A stretch of 64,000 nucleotides of DNA, taken from Phycisphaerae bacterium (GTDB lineage: Bacteria; Planctomycetota; Phycisphaerae; UBA1845; Fen-1342). Positions 47,743 through 58,584 of the stretch are shown one piece after another (position 1 is the stretch's first letter; every line of letters begins with the position of its first letter). The DNA is taken from NCBI GenBank assembly GCA_963675745.2, contig CAXXWX010000028.1, positions 32,001-96,000 on the forward strand. The letters run 5' to 3'. Made by a program: the position numbers and the translations under genes. The notes under the pieces are model-generated. The model was not told the DNA's origin. It was given only the letters and a program-made list of their open reading frames with translations, and ran no database searches.

Positions 47743-47864
47743 GACCGGACAGTGTGCCGGCCATCGCCGCCGGCGGCAAGCCGCCGTGGTCGTGGCCTTT
47801 GACCAAACGCCATCCTTGGCCGATCATACGCAAGCGAATCGGTAACCCCGCAGAGGAGTACGCC

Positions 47865-48173
47865 ATGCGCGCACGATGGGCAATAGCACTAGCCGCCACG
47901 ATTCTGTTCCTGCCGCTCACCGGCTGCCTGACGGTGCAGGCGCCTGAGCGCATTGAGGTCGGTAGCCGCTCACCCGAACCGGTGGACAGCAAGCGTCTGC
48001 CGGCGACGAGTTCGCATGCGGACTGCCGGTCCGAGCTCGAAAAAGCGTACCAGAACATTCAGTGGCTCGAGAGCGAGAACGAGAAGCTGCGTGAAAAAGC
48101 GGCGCGGTATAAAGACGAGCGCGACCGCTGTAAAGATGACCTGGAGCGCCACGAGGACCGGTACGACGACTAG
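47865..48173 (+). CDS. Small hypothetical lipoprotein with coiled coil
   Basis: GAGGAG RBS, MRARWAIALAATILFLPLTGC lipobox, charged coiled-coil tail. Confidence 0.7.
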   Translation: MRARWAIALAATILFLPLTGCLTVQAPERIEVGSRSPEPVDSKRLPATSSHADCRSELEKAYQNIQWLESENEKLREKAARYKDERDRCKDDLERHEDRYDD

Positions 48174-48370
48174 CGGGACGCCGCAGCCGCGACGCCGGCG
48201 GGACGTGGTTCGCGGGCCGCTCGTGCTGGGCGGCATCGTTGAATCTCCACGGCCGGCGGGGCGCCGGCCGCATTGGTGCTACCGGCCGCTACATTTTGGG
48301 GAACAGCCTCTGATCAGGCCGGGCGGCCACGCCGGGGATGGCTGCAACGGGCTTCTTGGGGTGGCATGTC

Positions 48371-51300
48371 ATGGCGGTGCGGTTTGTCCTGGGCCGAGCG
48401 GGAAGCGGTAAGACGCATCACTGCGTTGAAGCCGTCCTGGCCGCGTTGGCGCGTCGCGACGACGGCCGACTGATTCTGCTGGTCCCCGAGCAAGCCAGCT
48501 TTCAGATGGAACGTACGCTGGCGCTGCGCTGCCCCGGGGGCGGCTACTGCCGGGCGGAGGTACTCAGCTTTTCGCGGCTTGTTCATCGCGTCTGGGACGA
48601 GCTGGGCGTCGAACCGCCGTTGCTCAGCCGCGGCGCGCGCGCATTGGCATTGCGTGCCGTCGCGACCCGTCACGCCGGCTCCCTGCGTCTTTTTCGCACG
48701 GCCGCCGACAGCAGCGGCTTTTTCGCCGAACTCGACCGTCTGATTGAGGAACTGCTGCTCGATAACGTCATGCCCGAGGACCTCGCGGCTACGTCGGAGG
48801 CTCTGCCGGACAAACGCCTGCGGCGCAAGACGGCCGAGATCGCGCGCTTGTATCGCGCGTATCTTGACTGGCTCGGCCCGCATCGCGTCGATCCGGCGTT
48901 GCGGCTGAGAGTTCTGCGCGAGCGGCTTGAGCGGTCGGATTGGCTGCGCAACACCGAGGTTTGGGTTGATGGCTTTGCGGGATTCACCGGCCAGGAGCGG
49001 CTGACACTGGTAACGCTCGGACGCCTGGCGCGCGAGGTCTCGATCACGCTGCTCCTCGACCCCGAGCGAGACGTTTCAGAGGAACGACCCGACCCACTCA
49101 CCCTGTTCGGGCGCACGGTAGTCACATATCAGCGTCTGCGCGCCGAGCTGTCAGGCGCCGGCGTGGCGCTGCGCGCCCCCCTGCTGCTCACGCCACGTGT
49201 GCCCGCACGTTTCACGCACGCACCGGAACTCGCACACCTGGAGTCCAGGCTCGCCGGCGAAATGACTGGTGGCGCACAACGCGAGACCGCTGATACGGGC
49301 GCCGTCCGCGTACTGGCCTGCGCCACGCATCGCGCCGAGGTGCGCCAGGCCGCACGGTTTATTCGCCAGAAGCTGAGCACATCCACCAGCGACTTGCGAT
49401 TTCGTGACTTCGCCGTCATCGCGCGGGATTTGGAGCCGTTCGCTGACACGATCGCGGCGGTTTTTGGTGAGTACGAGATCCCCTACTTCCTGGACCGACG
49501 GCGACCGCTGCGTGGCCACGCGCTGAGCCGGCTTGTGCATGGCCTGCTGGACGCCGTGAATAGTGATTGCTCGGTCGCGGCAATGACGCTGCTGCTGCGT
49601 ACGGGGCTTTTGCCGATGTTGCACGATGAGGCCGACAAACTGGAGGAGCTGCTCGTCTATCAGCAGATGCACGGGTTGGCGACGTGGCAGCGACCGGCCT
49701 GGGACTTTCTCAGCGACGAGGCAACACTCAGTCGCAGCTCACAGTCACGACAGCGACGGCGCCGCGAAAGCGAGAGCATTCGCGCGGGGCGGCTGCGCAT
49801 CGCCGCGGCACTCGATCCACTGATGAGGCTCGCCCGTGGCGCCAGACCCGCCAGCGGCAGAGTTTGGGCCGCACAACTGTACGAGGCACTTGTCGCGCTC
49901 GGACTGCCCCGGCGGATTGAAGGCTGGATCAGCGCCGCGCGTGCCGCCGGTGAGTGGGAGACGGCGGAGACGCACCGTGCGGCGTGGGAAGCACTTTGCG
50001 ACAGCCTGACCGAGCTGCACGACGTGCTGGACGAGTCACCGCTGTCAACGTCCGATCTCGTGGACATCCTGTCATCGGCACTGGGCGAGCTGACACTGGG
50101 ACTGGCGCCGCCGACGCTGGATCAGGTGCTGGTCAGCTCGATAGACCGCAGCCGGCATCCGGACATCAAACACGCCTGGATACTGGCGTTTAACGAGGGC
50201 GTGTTTCCATCACGGCCAACGGAAGACACGCTCCTGACGACCGCTGATCGCGAATCGCTGAGCGCGGCGGGACTCGCCGCTCCCCTGCCACATCGTGACG
50301 ACGTCTTTGGCGAGCGACTGCTGGCCTACATCGCCTGCACGCGGCCGTCACAAAGCCTGACGATCAGCTACGCAACCACCGATAACGCGGGCGAACCACT
50401 GCCGCCATCGCCGCTGCTGGAGCACTTACGTCGCGCGCTGCCCCACCTGCGGCCCGAACGCGAGCAGGTCAACGCACCACCCACGACCATCCGCGAGTTG
50501 GTGCGCGATTACCACGATTGTCGCGCGAGCAATGACACTTCGCCCGCGATGGCGCGCTATATGGCATTGCGCGGAGAATTGGAGCGCGACCCAACTCACG
50601 CACCGCTGCTACAACGCCTTACGCGTGGTGAGCGCTATGCCAATAGCCCCGAGCTAATCGGCAACTATCGGCGGCGCGCCGAAGATGCGCCGGACGTGCT
50701 GTGGACAACCTCACCTTCCGAGCTGGAGACATACATCCAGTGCCCCTTCAAGCATTTCGTGCAGTACGGCTTGCGCGTCGCGGAGCAGCGCGGCCCGCAA
50801 CCGCTGAGTTGGGATCTCGGCAGTCTTGCACATGACTTACTTGCGGAAGTTACCCGCCGCGCGCTGGCGACAGGCCAAGTCGGCGACTTGAGCGATGGGC
50901 GTTGGCAGGAACTGCTGGACGCGACACTTGCAACGCAAGTCGGTTCGCGGCCGCCGGACCTGGACAGCCTCCAGCCGCGGCGGGGATTTCTCGGCGGGTT
51001 TCAGGGCGAATTCACGCGGGAGGTTCTTCAGGCCCATGTCAGTCGATGGCGCCGGGGTGAGTTTGAGCCATACCTGTGTGAGCAGTTGATCGATGATACG
51101 GACGGGGCCCTGCCGGTCCTGCGCGTGCCGCTGGCCGATGGCGGCGTCGTCCGCGTGCGCGGCCGGATCGATCGTGTGGATCGGCGGATCGATGCGCAGG
51201 GCACATGGCTGCTGCTGTATGACTACAAGACAAAGCCGCACGCGCTGACGGCACGTTTTCTCACCGGTGATCGGCTGCAATTGCTGCTCTATGCGCTGGC

Positions 51301-51793
51301 GCTGCGCGAAGCCGGTGGCGACACAGGGACCACGCGCATTGCGGGCGTGTTCCTCGCTCCATTGCGGCCGCAGACTGACACACTCAAAAGTGGTTACGTC
51401 GCCGAAGCCGACGACGAAACGCAGCGTATGTACCTCTACCGCCCACGCGGCCTGTTTACTCGCGCGGCGGCGCACATGCTGGACAACGGGCTCGGCCAGC
51501 AGATTTCCCCGGTGGCCCACATGAAACTCAAGAAGGACGGCGACTTCTCGGCGTCGTACAGGGATGTGATCGCTGACGACGCGCTCGACGCAAGGCTCGA
51601 ACTGGCACGCGCGACGCTCTGCACAGCCGCCGATGCAGTCGCGCGCGGCGTCGTTGACATCGCCCCGCTCGTTGAGAATGACACGCTCGCCTGCCGCGAC
51701 TGTTCCTACAACACGCTGTGTCGCTTTGACCGCGCGTTCAATCGGCCACGACCGGCTGAAACAGCCTTGCCGATGCTCGAGGACCAAAGCTGA
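48371..51793 (+). CDS. addB: ATP-dependent helicase/nuclease subunit B
   Basis: MAVRFVLGRAGSGKT, LLVPEQASFQME, VDGF, CPF, GRIDRVD...DYKT, CRDCSYNTLC (Fe-S staple Cys). Confidence 0.92.
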   Translation: MAVRFVLGRAGSGKTHHCVEAVLAALARRDDGRLILLVPEQASFQMERTLALRCPGGGYCRAEVLSFSRLVHRVWDELGVEPPLLSRGARALALRAVATRHAGSLRLFRTAADSSGFFAELDRLIEELLLDNVMPEDLAATSEALPDKRLRRKTAEIARLYRAYLDWLGPHRVDPALRLRVLRERLERSDWLRNTEVWVDGFAGFTGQERLTLVTLGRLAREVSITLLLDPERDVSEERPDPLTLFGRTVVTYQRLRAELSGAGVALRAPLLLTPRVPARFTHAPELAHLESRLAGEMTGGAQRETADTGAVRVLACATHRAEVRQAARFIRQKLSTSTSDLRFRDFAVIARDLEPFADTIAAVFGEYEIPYFLDRRRPLRGHALSRLVHGLLDAVNSDCSVAAMTLLLRTGLLPMLHDEADKLEELLVYQQMHGLATWQRPAWDFLSDEATLSRSSQSRQRRRRESESIRAGRLRIAAALDPLMRLARGARPASGRVWAAQLYEALVALGLPRRIEGWISAARAAGEWETAETHRAAWEALCDSLTELHDVLDESPLSTSDLVDILSSALGELTLGLAPPTLDQVLVSSIDRSRHPDIKHAWILAFNEGVFPSRPTEDTLLTTADRESLSAAGLAAPLPHRDDVFGERLLAYIACTRPSQSLTISYATTDNAGEPLPPSPLLEHLRRALPHLRPEREQVNAPPTTIRELVRDYHDCRASNDTSPAMARYMALRGELERDPTHAPLLQRLTRGERYANSPELIGNYRRRAEDAPDVLWTTSPSELETYIQCPFKHFVQYGLRVAEQRGPQPLSWDLGSLAHDLLAEVTRRALATGQVGDLSDGRWQELLDATLATQVGSRPPDLDSLQPRRGFLGGFQGEFTREVLQAHVSRWRRGEFEPYLCEQLIDDTDGALPVLRVPLADGGVVRVRGRIDRVDRRIDAQGTWLLLYDYKTKPHALTARFLTGDRLQLLLYALALREAGGDTGTTRIAGVFLAPLRPQTDTLKSGYVAEADDETQRMYLYRPRGLFTRAAAHMLDNGLGQQISPVAHMKLKKDGDFSASYRDVIADDALDARLELARATLCTAADAVARGVVDIAPLVENDTLACRDCSYNTLCRFDRAFNRPRPAETALPMLEDQS

Positions 51794-54700
51794 TGCGCTT
51801 GACAGAGAGTCAACGTGCCGCCATCGAGCATCGCGGGGCCAGTCTGCTGGTGGCCGCGTCGGCCGGCTCCGGCAAGACCGAAGTGTTGGCGCGGCGGTGC
51901 GTTGATCTGATCGCCGACCCACGCCGGCCCTGCCCGGTCGAACGTCTGCTGGTAGTGACGTTTACACGGGCGGCGGCGGCGGAGTTGCGCGTGCGCGTGG
52001 CGCGCATGCTGCGCGAAGCCGCGGACGACCCGCACCATCGGCCGGTGCGCGAGCATCTCCGCCGCCAGGAGATGCTGGTCGATGCGGCGGACATCGGCAC
52101 CATCGACAGTTGGTGCGGGCGCTTGTTGCGCGAGCACTTCGCCGAGGCCGGCGTCGATCCGGCATTTGCCGTGCTTGATGAACAAGAAGCGGCCATGCTG
52201 CGCGCCGAGACGCTTGACGCACTGTTCGACTGGATCTATCGCGAAGACGGTGATGAACTCGCCGCGCGTGGGCGCGCATGGATTCGCCGACACGAGCGGC
52301 CGTCCGACGAATTCCTGCGCCGTCTGGTCCGCGCGCTCAACCACGCCCGCGAACACCTGGTACTGCCCGAGCAGTGGCTGGCCCGTCAGTTGACCGCCTG
52401 CGAACGCGACGCGAGCGAAGTCGCCGCTGCTGATCTACGGTTGGCAACCGGCGCGCTGCGAACCGAGTGCATGTTTCAGGAACGGCAGATCGCCGCGCTG
52501 ACGGCCGGCCAGCCGGAGCTTGGCGCTGCTCTCGCAGACTACGCCACCGCGCTGGCGCGCTGGGCTGATCGCCTCACCAGTCCGGATACGACGCTTGAAG
52601 TCGCGGAGGAGATCGACGCATTCAAACTGGCCACACGCTCAACTCTCCCGGATAGCGCCGCGGCCCGGTTCAAGCAGGTGCGTGAGCGCTGGCTGAAACG
52701 CCGCTTGCAAGGCCGCTGGGGTGGTAAGGAGCTTGAGCCGCGTATCACGCACGCCGGCCGCACGGCGGCGCTGCTGCAAACGCTGCTGGGCCTGGAACAG
52801 CGCTACGAGACAATGCTCGCCGCCGCAAAGCGCGAGCGGGCCGCGTACGAGTTTGGCGACGTGCTGCGCCTTGCACTGCGCTTGCTCGGGACACCCCGCG
52901 ATGAGGGTACACTGGCGCCGACGGTAATCGCGCGTGAGCTGCGGCAGCGCTACGAACACGTGCTGGTGGATGAATACCAGGACACCAGCCCGGTGCAGGT
53001 CGAACTGCTCAGGCTTGTGACGCGCACCAAGCGTGGGGCGGCCAACCGCTTTATGGTCGGCGATGTGAAGCAGAGCATCTACGGCTTTCGCCATGCCGAT
53101 CCGCGCCTTTTCGCGGCCCAGGCCGCCGCGTTTGAGAATGGAACGGAAGATGGGCGGGTCATATACCTTTCCGACAATTTCCGCAGTCACCCTGATCTGC
53201 TCGGCGGGCTGAATCGGATATTCGCCGCCGTGTTCGACGCGCACCTGGGCGGTACACCTTTCAGCGAGCGTGAACAGCTCTCGGCCGGCCGTGAGGAGAT
53301 CGCGAATCCCACGCTCGACGGCACGCCGCGCATCCGGCTCTGTCTTCTGGAAAGCGAACGCGGGCGCAGCGCGTCAGCAGACACTGACGACGGCGGCGAG
53401 GTAACGCTCGAACGCATCGAGCGCGAAGCCGTCGTCACAGCCGCCGCCATCCGACAGATGTTGGCCGATGGCGTCGAGATACCCGACCGTGACGATAACG
53501 ACCAACTCTGCCTGCGACCGTTGCGCCTGTCCGACATCCTGATCCTGCTGCGGTCCGCCAAATCAAACGCCGCACTCGTCGCAAGCATGGTACGCGCCCA
53601 CGGCCTGCCCTGCGTGACCGGCGGCAAGGAGACGTTGCTCGATGCGCTGGAAGTGCAGGACGTGATAAACGTTTTGCGTCTGCTGGCCAGCCGCCGGCAG
53701 GAGATCCCGCTGGCGGCGTATCTGCGGAGCCCGTTGGCGGGCTTGACCGCTGCGGAGCTGTTGGCTATCCGCCAGTTAGCGCCCCACGACCACTTCTGGG
53801 ACGCCGTCAAGCAGTATCGTGCGAGCGGCTTGGATGCAGCCCTGGTTGCCAAGCTCGAACAGGCGCTGGGCCGGTTGGAGAACTGGTCGATCGCCGCCCG
53901 GGACAGTGATCTACCCACTCTGTTGCGGCGGATTGCCGGCGACTGCGACCTGGAGCACTTCGCCGCCGGGCTGCCTGGTGGTCGCCAACGGGCCGGCGTG
54001 CTGACGGCGTTGGTCGATTACGCGGTCGAGTTCGCGCACAAGGGGCAGCGCGGCGTGGCTGAGTTTGTCGAACACCTTGACCAGGTTGACGAGCAGGAGC
54101 TTGACTTACAGGCGCTGGTCCCCGCGGGTGATGACGCCGTTCGGGTGATGACGATTCACTCGGCCAAGGGGTTGGAGTTCCCGGTGGTTTTTGTCCTGAA
54201 CGCCGGCGCACCTTTTAATCGCCAATCGTTGGCGAATGCCCTGCAATTTGACGAGCAAGCAGGTCTGGGGCTGCGCTTCCTTGACTATCCATCACGGACC
54301 GAACTAACAAACACCGCCCATCTGTGCTGCCGGCACGCGCGCCAGGCACGCGACATCGAAGAGGAGCTGCGCCTGCTGTATGTCGCGACAACCCGCGCCC
54401 GCGAACGTCTGTTCATCATCGGGCACACGCAACGCGGCGCCTGGGACGAGGCGCTGGAGCTGTATCGCGACCAGCCGCCACTGATCACGCGCTTGTCCGC
54501 CGGCGGCATGCTGGAGTGGGTGTTGATGGGCGTTGCCGCCGGCCGGTTGACCGACGGCGAACAACCGTTGGCGCAGGTTGATATTCATGACTCAGCGGCG
54601 ATCACGGAAGAAGCGCGCGGCGGCGAGGGCCCGGAGCAATCCCCACCACCGCTGATGGACGCCGACCATGGCTGGATGACGGAGGCGCGCCGCCTGCTCG

Positions 54701-55407
54701 ATTCCCGGATTGACAGCGCGCTGTCGGGTTATCCGGCGGTGCTCTCGGTCAGCGCGCTCAAAGAGCTTGCAACGCGCGACAGTGCGGCTGATTGCCCGCA
54801 CATGCCGCGCGCGCGGGAATCACAGCTCGCAGCACCGGTGTTCGCCAGAGAAGCGGCCAGCGTGGACGGACGGGTATACGGGACGGCCTGCCACCGATTC
54901 CTGCAACACGCCGACCTCACAAAGCTCGCCGGTGAGATGGAGGTACAGGCGCAAATCGCATCGCTGGTGGCGGCCGGCCGGTTGGAGCATGACCAAGCGG
55001 CGTTGCTGTCGGTTGCCGATCTTGTGTGGTTTGGCCAATCCGCCGAGGGGGACCTGCTGGCCAAGCACGCCGACCGGTGTCTGCGCGAACTGCCGCTGGT
55101 GTACTCGTTGCCCACGGGTATCGGTGACGAGCGTTCGATCATTCGCGGCGTGGTTGACTGCCTGCTGGCGACTGATGCCGGGTACGTGTTGTATGACTAC
55201 AAGAGCGATGACGTCGCCGATCAGGCCACCATGCGCCGGCGCGTCGAAGGCTACAGCGTGCAGATGCAGCTCTATGCCGCCGCCGTTCGAGACATTCTGG
55301 GTCAGCCGGTCAAACGTGCGGCGCTGATCTTCCTGACGGCCCACACGGTTGTCGAAATCGGCCTGGAATCGCCGACACTGGGGCGGTTGCTGGAATCGCT
55401 GGGGTAG
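51793..55407 (+). CDS. addA: ATP-dependent helicase/nuclease subunit A
   Basis: AASAGSGKT, VTFTRAAAAEL, VDEYQD, VGDVKQSIYGFR, MTIHSAKGLEFPVV, EELRLLYVATTRA, RGVVD...DYKS. Confidence 0.94.
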   Translation: MRLTESQRAAIEHRGASLLVAASAGSGKTEVLARRCVDLIADPRRPCPVERLLVVTFTRAAAAELRVRVARMLREAADDPHHRPVREHLRRQEMLVDAADIGTIDSWCGRLLREHFAEAGVDPAFAVLDEQEAAMLRAETLDALFDWIYREDGDELAARGRAWIRRHERPSDEFLRRLVRALNHAREHLVLPEQWLARQLTACERDASEVAAADLRLATGALRTECMFQERQIAALTAGQPELGAALADYATALARWADRLTSPDTTLEVAEEIDAFKLATRSTLPDSAAARFKQVRERWLKRRLQGRWGGKELEPRITHAGRTAALLQTLLGLEQRYETMLAAAKRERAAYEFGDVLRLALRLLGTPRDEGTLAPTVIARELRQRYEHVLVDEYQDTSPVQVELLRLVTRTKRGAANRFMVGDVKQSIYGFRHADPRLFAAQAAAFENGTEDGRVIYLSDNFRSHPDLLGGLNRIFAAVFDAHLGGTPFSEREQLSAGREEIANPTLDGTPRIRLCLLESERGRSASADTDDGGEVTLERIEREAVVTAAAIRQMLADGVEIPDRDDNDQLCLRPLRLSDILILLRSAKSNAALVASMVRAHGLPCVTGGKETLLDALEVQDVINVLRLLASRRQEIPLAAYLRSPLAGLTAAELLAIRQLAPHDHFWDAVKQYRASGLDAALVAKLEQALGRLENWSIAARDSDLPTLLRRIAGDCDLEHFAAGLPGGRQRAGVLTALVDYAVEFAHKGQRGVAEFVEHLDQVDEQELDLQALVPAGDDAVRVMTIHSAKGLEFPVVFVLNAGAPFNRQSLANALQFDEQAGLGLRFLDYPSRTELTNTAHLCCRHARQARDIEEELRLLYVATTRARERLFIIGHTQRGAWDEALELYRDQPPLITRLSAGGMLEWVLMGVAAGRLTDGEQPLAQVDIHDSAAITEEARGGEGPEQSPPPLMDADHGWMTEARRLLDSRIDSALSGYPAVLSVSALKELATRDSAADCPHMPRARESQLAAPVFAREAASVDGRVYGTACHRFLQHADLTKLAGEMEVQAQIASLVAAGRLEHDQAALLSVADLVWFGQSAEGDLLAKHADRCLRELPLVYSLPTGIGDERSIIRGVVDCLLATDAGYVLYDYKSDDVADQATMRRRVEGYSVQMQLYAAAVRDILGQPVKRAALIFLTAHTVVEIGLESPTLGRLLESLG

Positions 55408-55472
55408 GTGCCTTGGCGGCCGCACGTGGACACACTAGCATGGAACCACATTTGCAATCGCGGGAGCCTTAG

Positions 55473-56474
55473 ATGTTGACCAAGGCAACAGTCGTCGGCA
55501 CGGGGGCGATGGGTACTATCGTGGCCCATTTGCTGGCCACGAACGGCATTCACGTGGCGCTGCTGGCGCGTGACCACGAACGGGCACAGACGCTGTTGTT
55601 CGAGCGTGAAAACAAGCGCTACCTCCCCGGCCTAGGCCTCTCGCAGCGCATCACGCCCACCGATAATGCGGCGGCTGCGCTGGCAAACACGGAACTGATC
55701 GTATCCGCCGTGCCGGGTCAACACGTACGCGCGGTATGGCAGGGTATTGGCGGACACGTCGATGCCGGCGTGCCGATATGCAGTGTGACAAAAGGGCTCG
55801 AGATAGACACGCTCGCGCGGCCCAGCGAGATCATCCTCACGTGCGTGCCCAAGTCCCCAATCGTGGTTCTCTCGGGACCGAGCATCGCCCCCGAACTGGC
55901 GCGCTGCCTGCCGGCGACAGTCGTGGCCGCATGTACCGACGACGCGGTCGCCGAGCTCACCCAAAGCGTGATGAGCACCTCGTGGTTTCGCATCTACACG
56001 AACAACGACACGCGCGGCGTCGAGTTGGCCGGGGCGCTCAAGAACGTGATCGCACTGGCCGCGGGGATACTCGACGGACTGCGTGCCGGTGACAATGCCA
56101 AGGCCGCACTGCTGACGCGCGGCCTGGTTGAAATAACGCGGCTGGGCACGGCGCTCGGCGCGCGCGCCGAGACGTTCGGCGGGCTCGCCGGCATTGGCGA
56201 CCTGGTAACGACCTGCATCTCGCCGGTGGGTCGCAATCGTTCCGCCGGTGAGCGCATTGGTCGGGGTGTCGCTCCGGACGACGTGGTGCGCCAGAGCCAA
56301 TCGGTGATTGAGGGTGTGCCGACGACGCGCGCGGTGATAAGGCTCGCGGAGCGGGCCGGCGTCGAGATGCCGATCACTCGCGCGGTTTTTGAGGTGCTGT
56401 TTGAAGAAAAATCACCGATCACGGCCATCAGTGAACTGATGAGCCGCCCCCAAAAGGCGGAGCAGAACCGCTGA
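55473..56474 (+). CDS. gpsA: NAD(P)H-dependent glycerol-3-phosphate dehydrogenase
   Basis: GTGAMGT, TKGLE, LSGPS, GALKNVIALAAG, GDNAKAAL, GIGDLVTTC, IEGVPT. Confidence 0.96.
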   Translation: MLTKATVVGTGAMGTIVAHLLATNGIHVALLARDHERAQTLLFERENKRYLPGLGLSQRITPTDNAAAALANTELIVSAVPGQHVRAVWQGIGGHVDAGVPICSVTKGLEIDTLARPSEIILTCVPKSPIVVLSGPSIAPELARCLPATVVAACTDDAVAELTQSVMSTSWFRIYTNNDTRGVELAGALKNVIALAAGILDGLRAGDNAKAALLTRGLVEITRLGTALGARAETFGGLAGIGDLVTTCISPVGRNRSAGERIGRGVAPDDVVRQSQSVIEGVPTTRAVIRLAERAGVEMPITRAVFEVLFEEKSPITAISELMSRPQKAEQNR

Positions 56475-56534
56475 CGCCGGTTCCAACTCGGCGTTTCGCC
56501 CGCGTCTCGCTTCGGCTTTCGACACGCCGCCGAC

Positions 56535-58289
56535 CTACAGGCCGCCGTCAAACACCGCCTGGAAATTAACGAAATCAGGCATGGAGATGTCGTCGTTTTC
56601 GTCGGCGTCACCATTCAGACATACATGGCCTTCGACGAATGTGTCGTCCGGCCCTTGCATGCAGAAGATGAAATAACCGAAGTCCGTGCCGTCGATGTCG
56701 CCGTCCACGTCGAAGTCGCCGGGGCCGGCCCACACATCACAGAGCACGATATCCAACTGGGCGAGTTCGCCCGGCCACACCGTGATGCCCGGATACGTCT
56801 TCTGCGAGCAAGCCGTCGATTCAGCCGTCACCGTATAGCTGGTCCCACCCGAGGCAGCCGGTATCAGCGTGACGACATAGATCCCGTTTCCGTCTGTCTG
56901 CACCGTCGCCAGACCGCCAACCTGGACGTCCGCACCATCAACGGGCAGCCCGGTGTTATCGTCGATCACCTGGCCCCACAGCGTGCCCTCGGTGGCCGTC
57001 GCCGGGTCACGCCACGGCATCACCGGCACGGTCGTGGCCGTCGTGAAGATGAACGTGGAAACGTACGTGTACCAGGTCCAGTCTGTTTCCGGCGTGCCGT
57101 TAATGTTCTCGTCGGCGGTCGCGTCATACGAGTAGTTGCAGGTGCCGTCCGCCCCGGCTGAGTAGCAGTATTGCAGTTGCGTCACACTGTCGATCTTGCG
57201 GTTCAGGTAGTTGCCCTGCCCGCAGATTACGTGTCGACTGTAGCTCCAGCCGATCGCCGCATCCACCCATTGGCGATACCAGGCGGCCTCGGTGGTATCA
57301 AACTCGCGCTTGTAGTTCATGGGGACGGCGATATCGAGCCAGCCGCGTTCCATCCACAAGCGCCAATTCTGGTGCAGGCGATAGGCGTCGGAGTTGCTGA
57401 AGTTGGCGGGGGCGCCGCCCCAGCAAATCAGGTCGGCCGTCAGGGCCAGTGGCTGGCTGGGATTGCTGGTAATCGATGGAATCTCCGCACGCAGACGCCG
57501 TACGAACTCATCGATGGTCTGCCGCCGGAAATTGTTCCAGGACGTCACTCCGGTGGGCGCCGGTGTGCCGACGTAGCCGGTCAGATCCTGAAAACGCGCC
57601 AGCGATGATTTGGCATAGCCGGCGTCGGCGGGATAGCCGGCGTCTTCCTGCGTATAGCGGATATAGTCGAGATTGATGCCATCGATCGCGTAGTTCTGCA
57701 CGAGTTCGCGCACGATGCTGACGAGGTATTCCTGCACGTCGGGCGAACCGGGATCGAGGGTGTACTTGCCGCCGATCGTCGCCGGCCCACCATCCATATC
57801 CGCCTGCTCGACCATCAACCACTCGGGATGGGCCGTGAGCTGGGTATTGTTGTTGGGTGGCCAGGATGTGCTGGCGCGGTAGGGGACGATCCAGGCCTGC
57901 ACCTCGATGCCGTTTGCGTGCGCCTGCGTGACAAGCACCGCCAGCGGGTCGATTCCGCCGGAAATATCGGTCGCCTTGGGCACGATACTCGAATTCCAGT
58001 AGGCCCCGTGGCCGCTGCTGCCGTTGTCGTGATAGGCCAACACCTCGGCGATGATCACGTTGTAATTGCCAGCCAGAGCGCGTGAAATCAGGGAGTTGAT
58101 CTGTGTGGTGCTTTTGAAGCCCTGGCTGAATGCGTCGGCCCAGAATGCACGATATTCGGGAGTTCGGTCGGGGAGGTATGCCCCGTCGTTCCAGGTGAGA
58201 TCATCGCTGCCAGCCCAGACCGCACCGACCAGCCCAGTTGTTATCAAGACCAAAATCCCGCAGCGAGCGCGCATAGTCTGTGCCAACAT
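56535..58289 (-). CDS. Secreted GHL10 (DUF187) glycoside hydrolase-like protein with carboxypeptidase-regulatory-like and dockerin-like domains
   Basis: EYRAFW, DPLAVLVTQAHANGIEVQAW, HPEW, LDPGSPDV, DGINLDYIRY, PMNY. C-terminal GDFDVDGDIDGTDF...GDADENDDISMPDF. Confidence 0.82.
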   Translation of the reverse strand: MLAQTMRARCGILVLITTGLVGAVWAGSDDLTWNDGAYLPDRTPEYRAFWADAFSQGFKSTTQINSLISRALAGNYNVIIAEVLAYHDNGSSGHGAYWNSSIVPKATDISGGIDPLAVLVTQAHANGIEVQAWIVPYRASTSWPPNNNTQLTAHPEWLMVEQADMDGGPATIGGKYTLDPGSPDVQEYLVSIVRELVQNYAIDGINLDYIRYTQEDAGYPADAGYAKSSLARFQDLTGYVGTPAPTGVTSWNNFRRQTIDEFVRRLRAEIPSITSNPSQPLALTADLICWGGAPANFSNSDAYRLHQNWRLWMERGWLDIAVPMNYKREFDTTEAAWYRQWVDAAIGWSYSRHVICGQGNYLNRKIDSVTQLQYCYSAGADGTCNYSYDATADENINGTPETDWTWYTYVSTFIFTTATTVPVMPWRDPATATEGTLWGQVIDDNTGLPVDGADVQVGGLATVQTDGNGIYVVTLIPAASGGTSYTVTAESTACSQKTYPGITVWPGELAQLDIVLCDVWAGPGDFDVDGDIDGTDFGYFIFCMQGPDDTFVEGHVCLNGDADENDDISMPDFVNFQAVFDGGL

Positions 58290-58584
58290 ATTCCCTTCCA
58301 AATCTGGGCCCAAAACGGCCCAACGGGTCCGGTCGCCGACCGCACGGGGTCGGCGAGAATGAACCCCCATTGTAGTCATTTACGACGTCAGGCGGGAGAA
58401 AAAACGCCGTTCAAGCCGGATTGGAGGGGGTATTCCCGGTGTCGGCGTCGCCGTTACGATCGGCGCCTCGCAGGCCGTCGGTCAGAAGCGATGCTTCCGA
58501 TATGCGACGGCCGACGAGGCGCCGGCTGTGACGGTTCGCGCCGAACCACGGTGCGAAACACGATGTACCCTTGGTAGAGCGGCG

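Noticed and set aside
48371..55407. AddAB as a novel helicase-nuclease defence system
   Set aside because: All motifs and the gene order match ordinary housekeeping addBA, located between miaA and gpsA.
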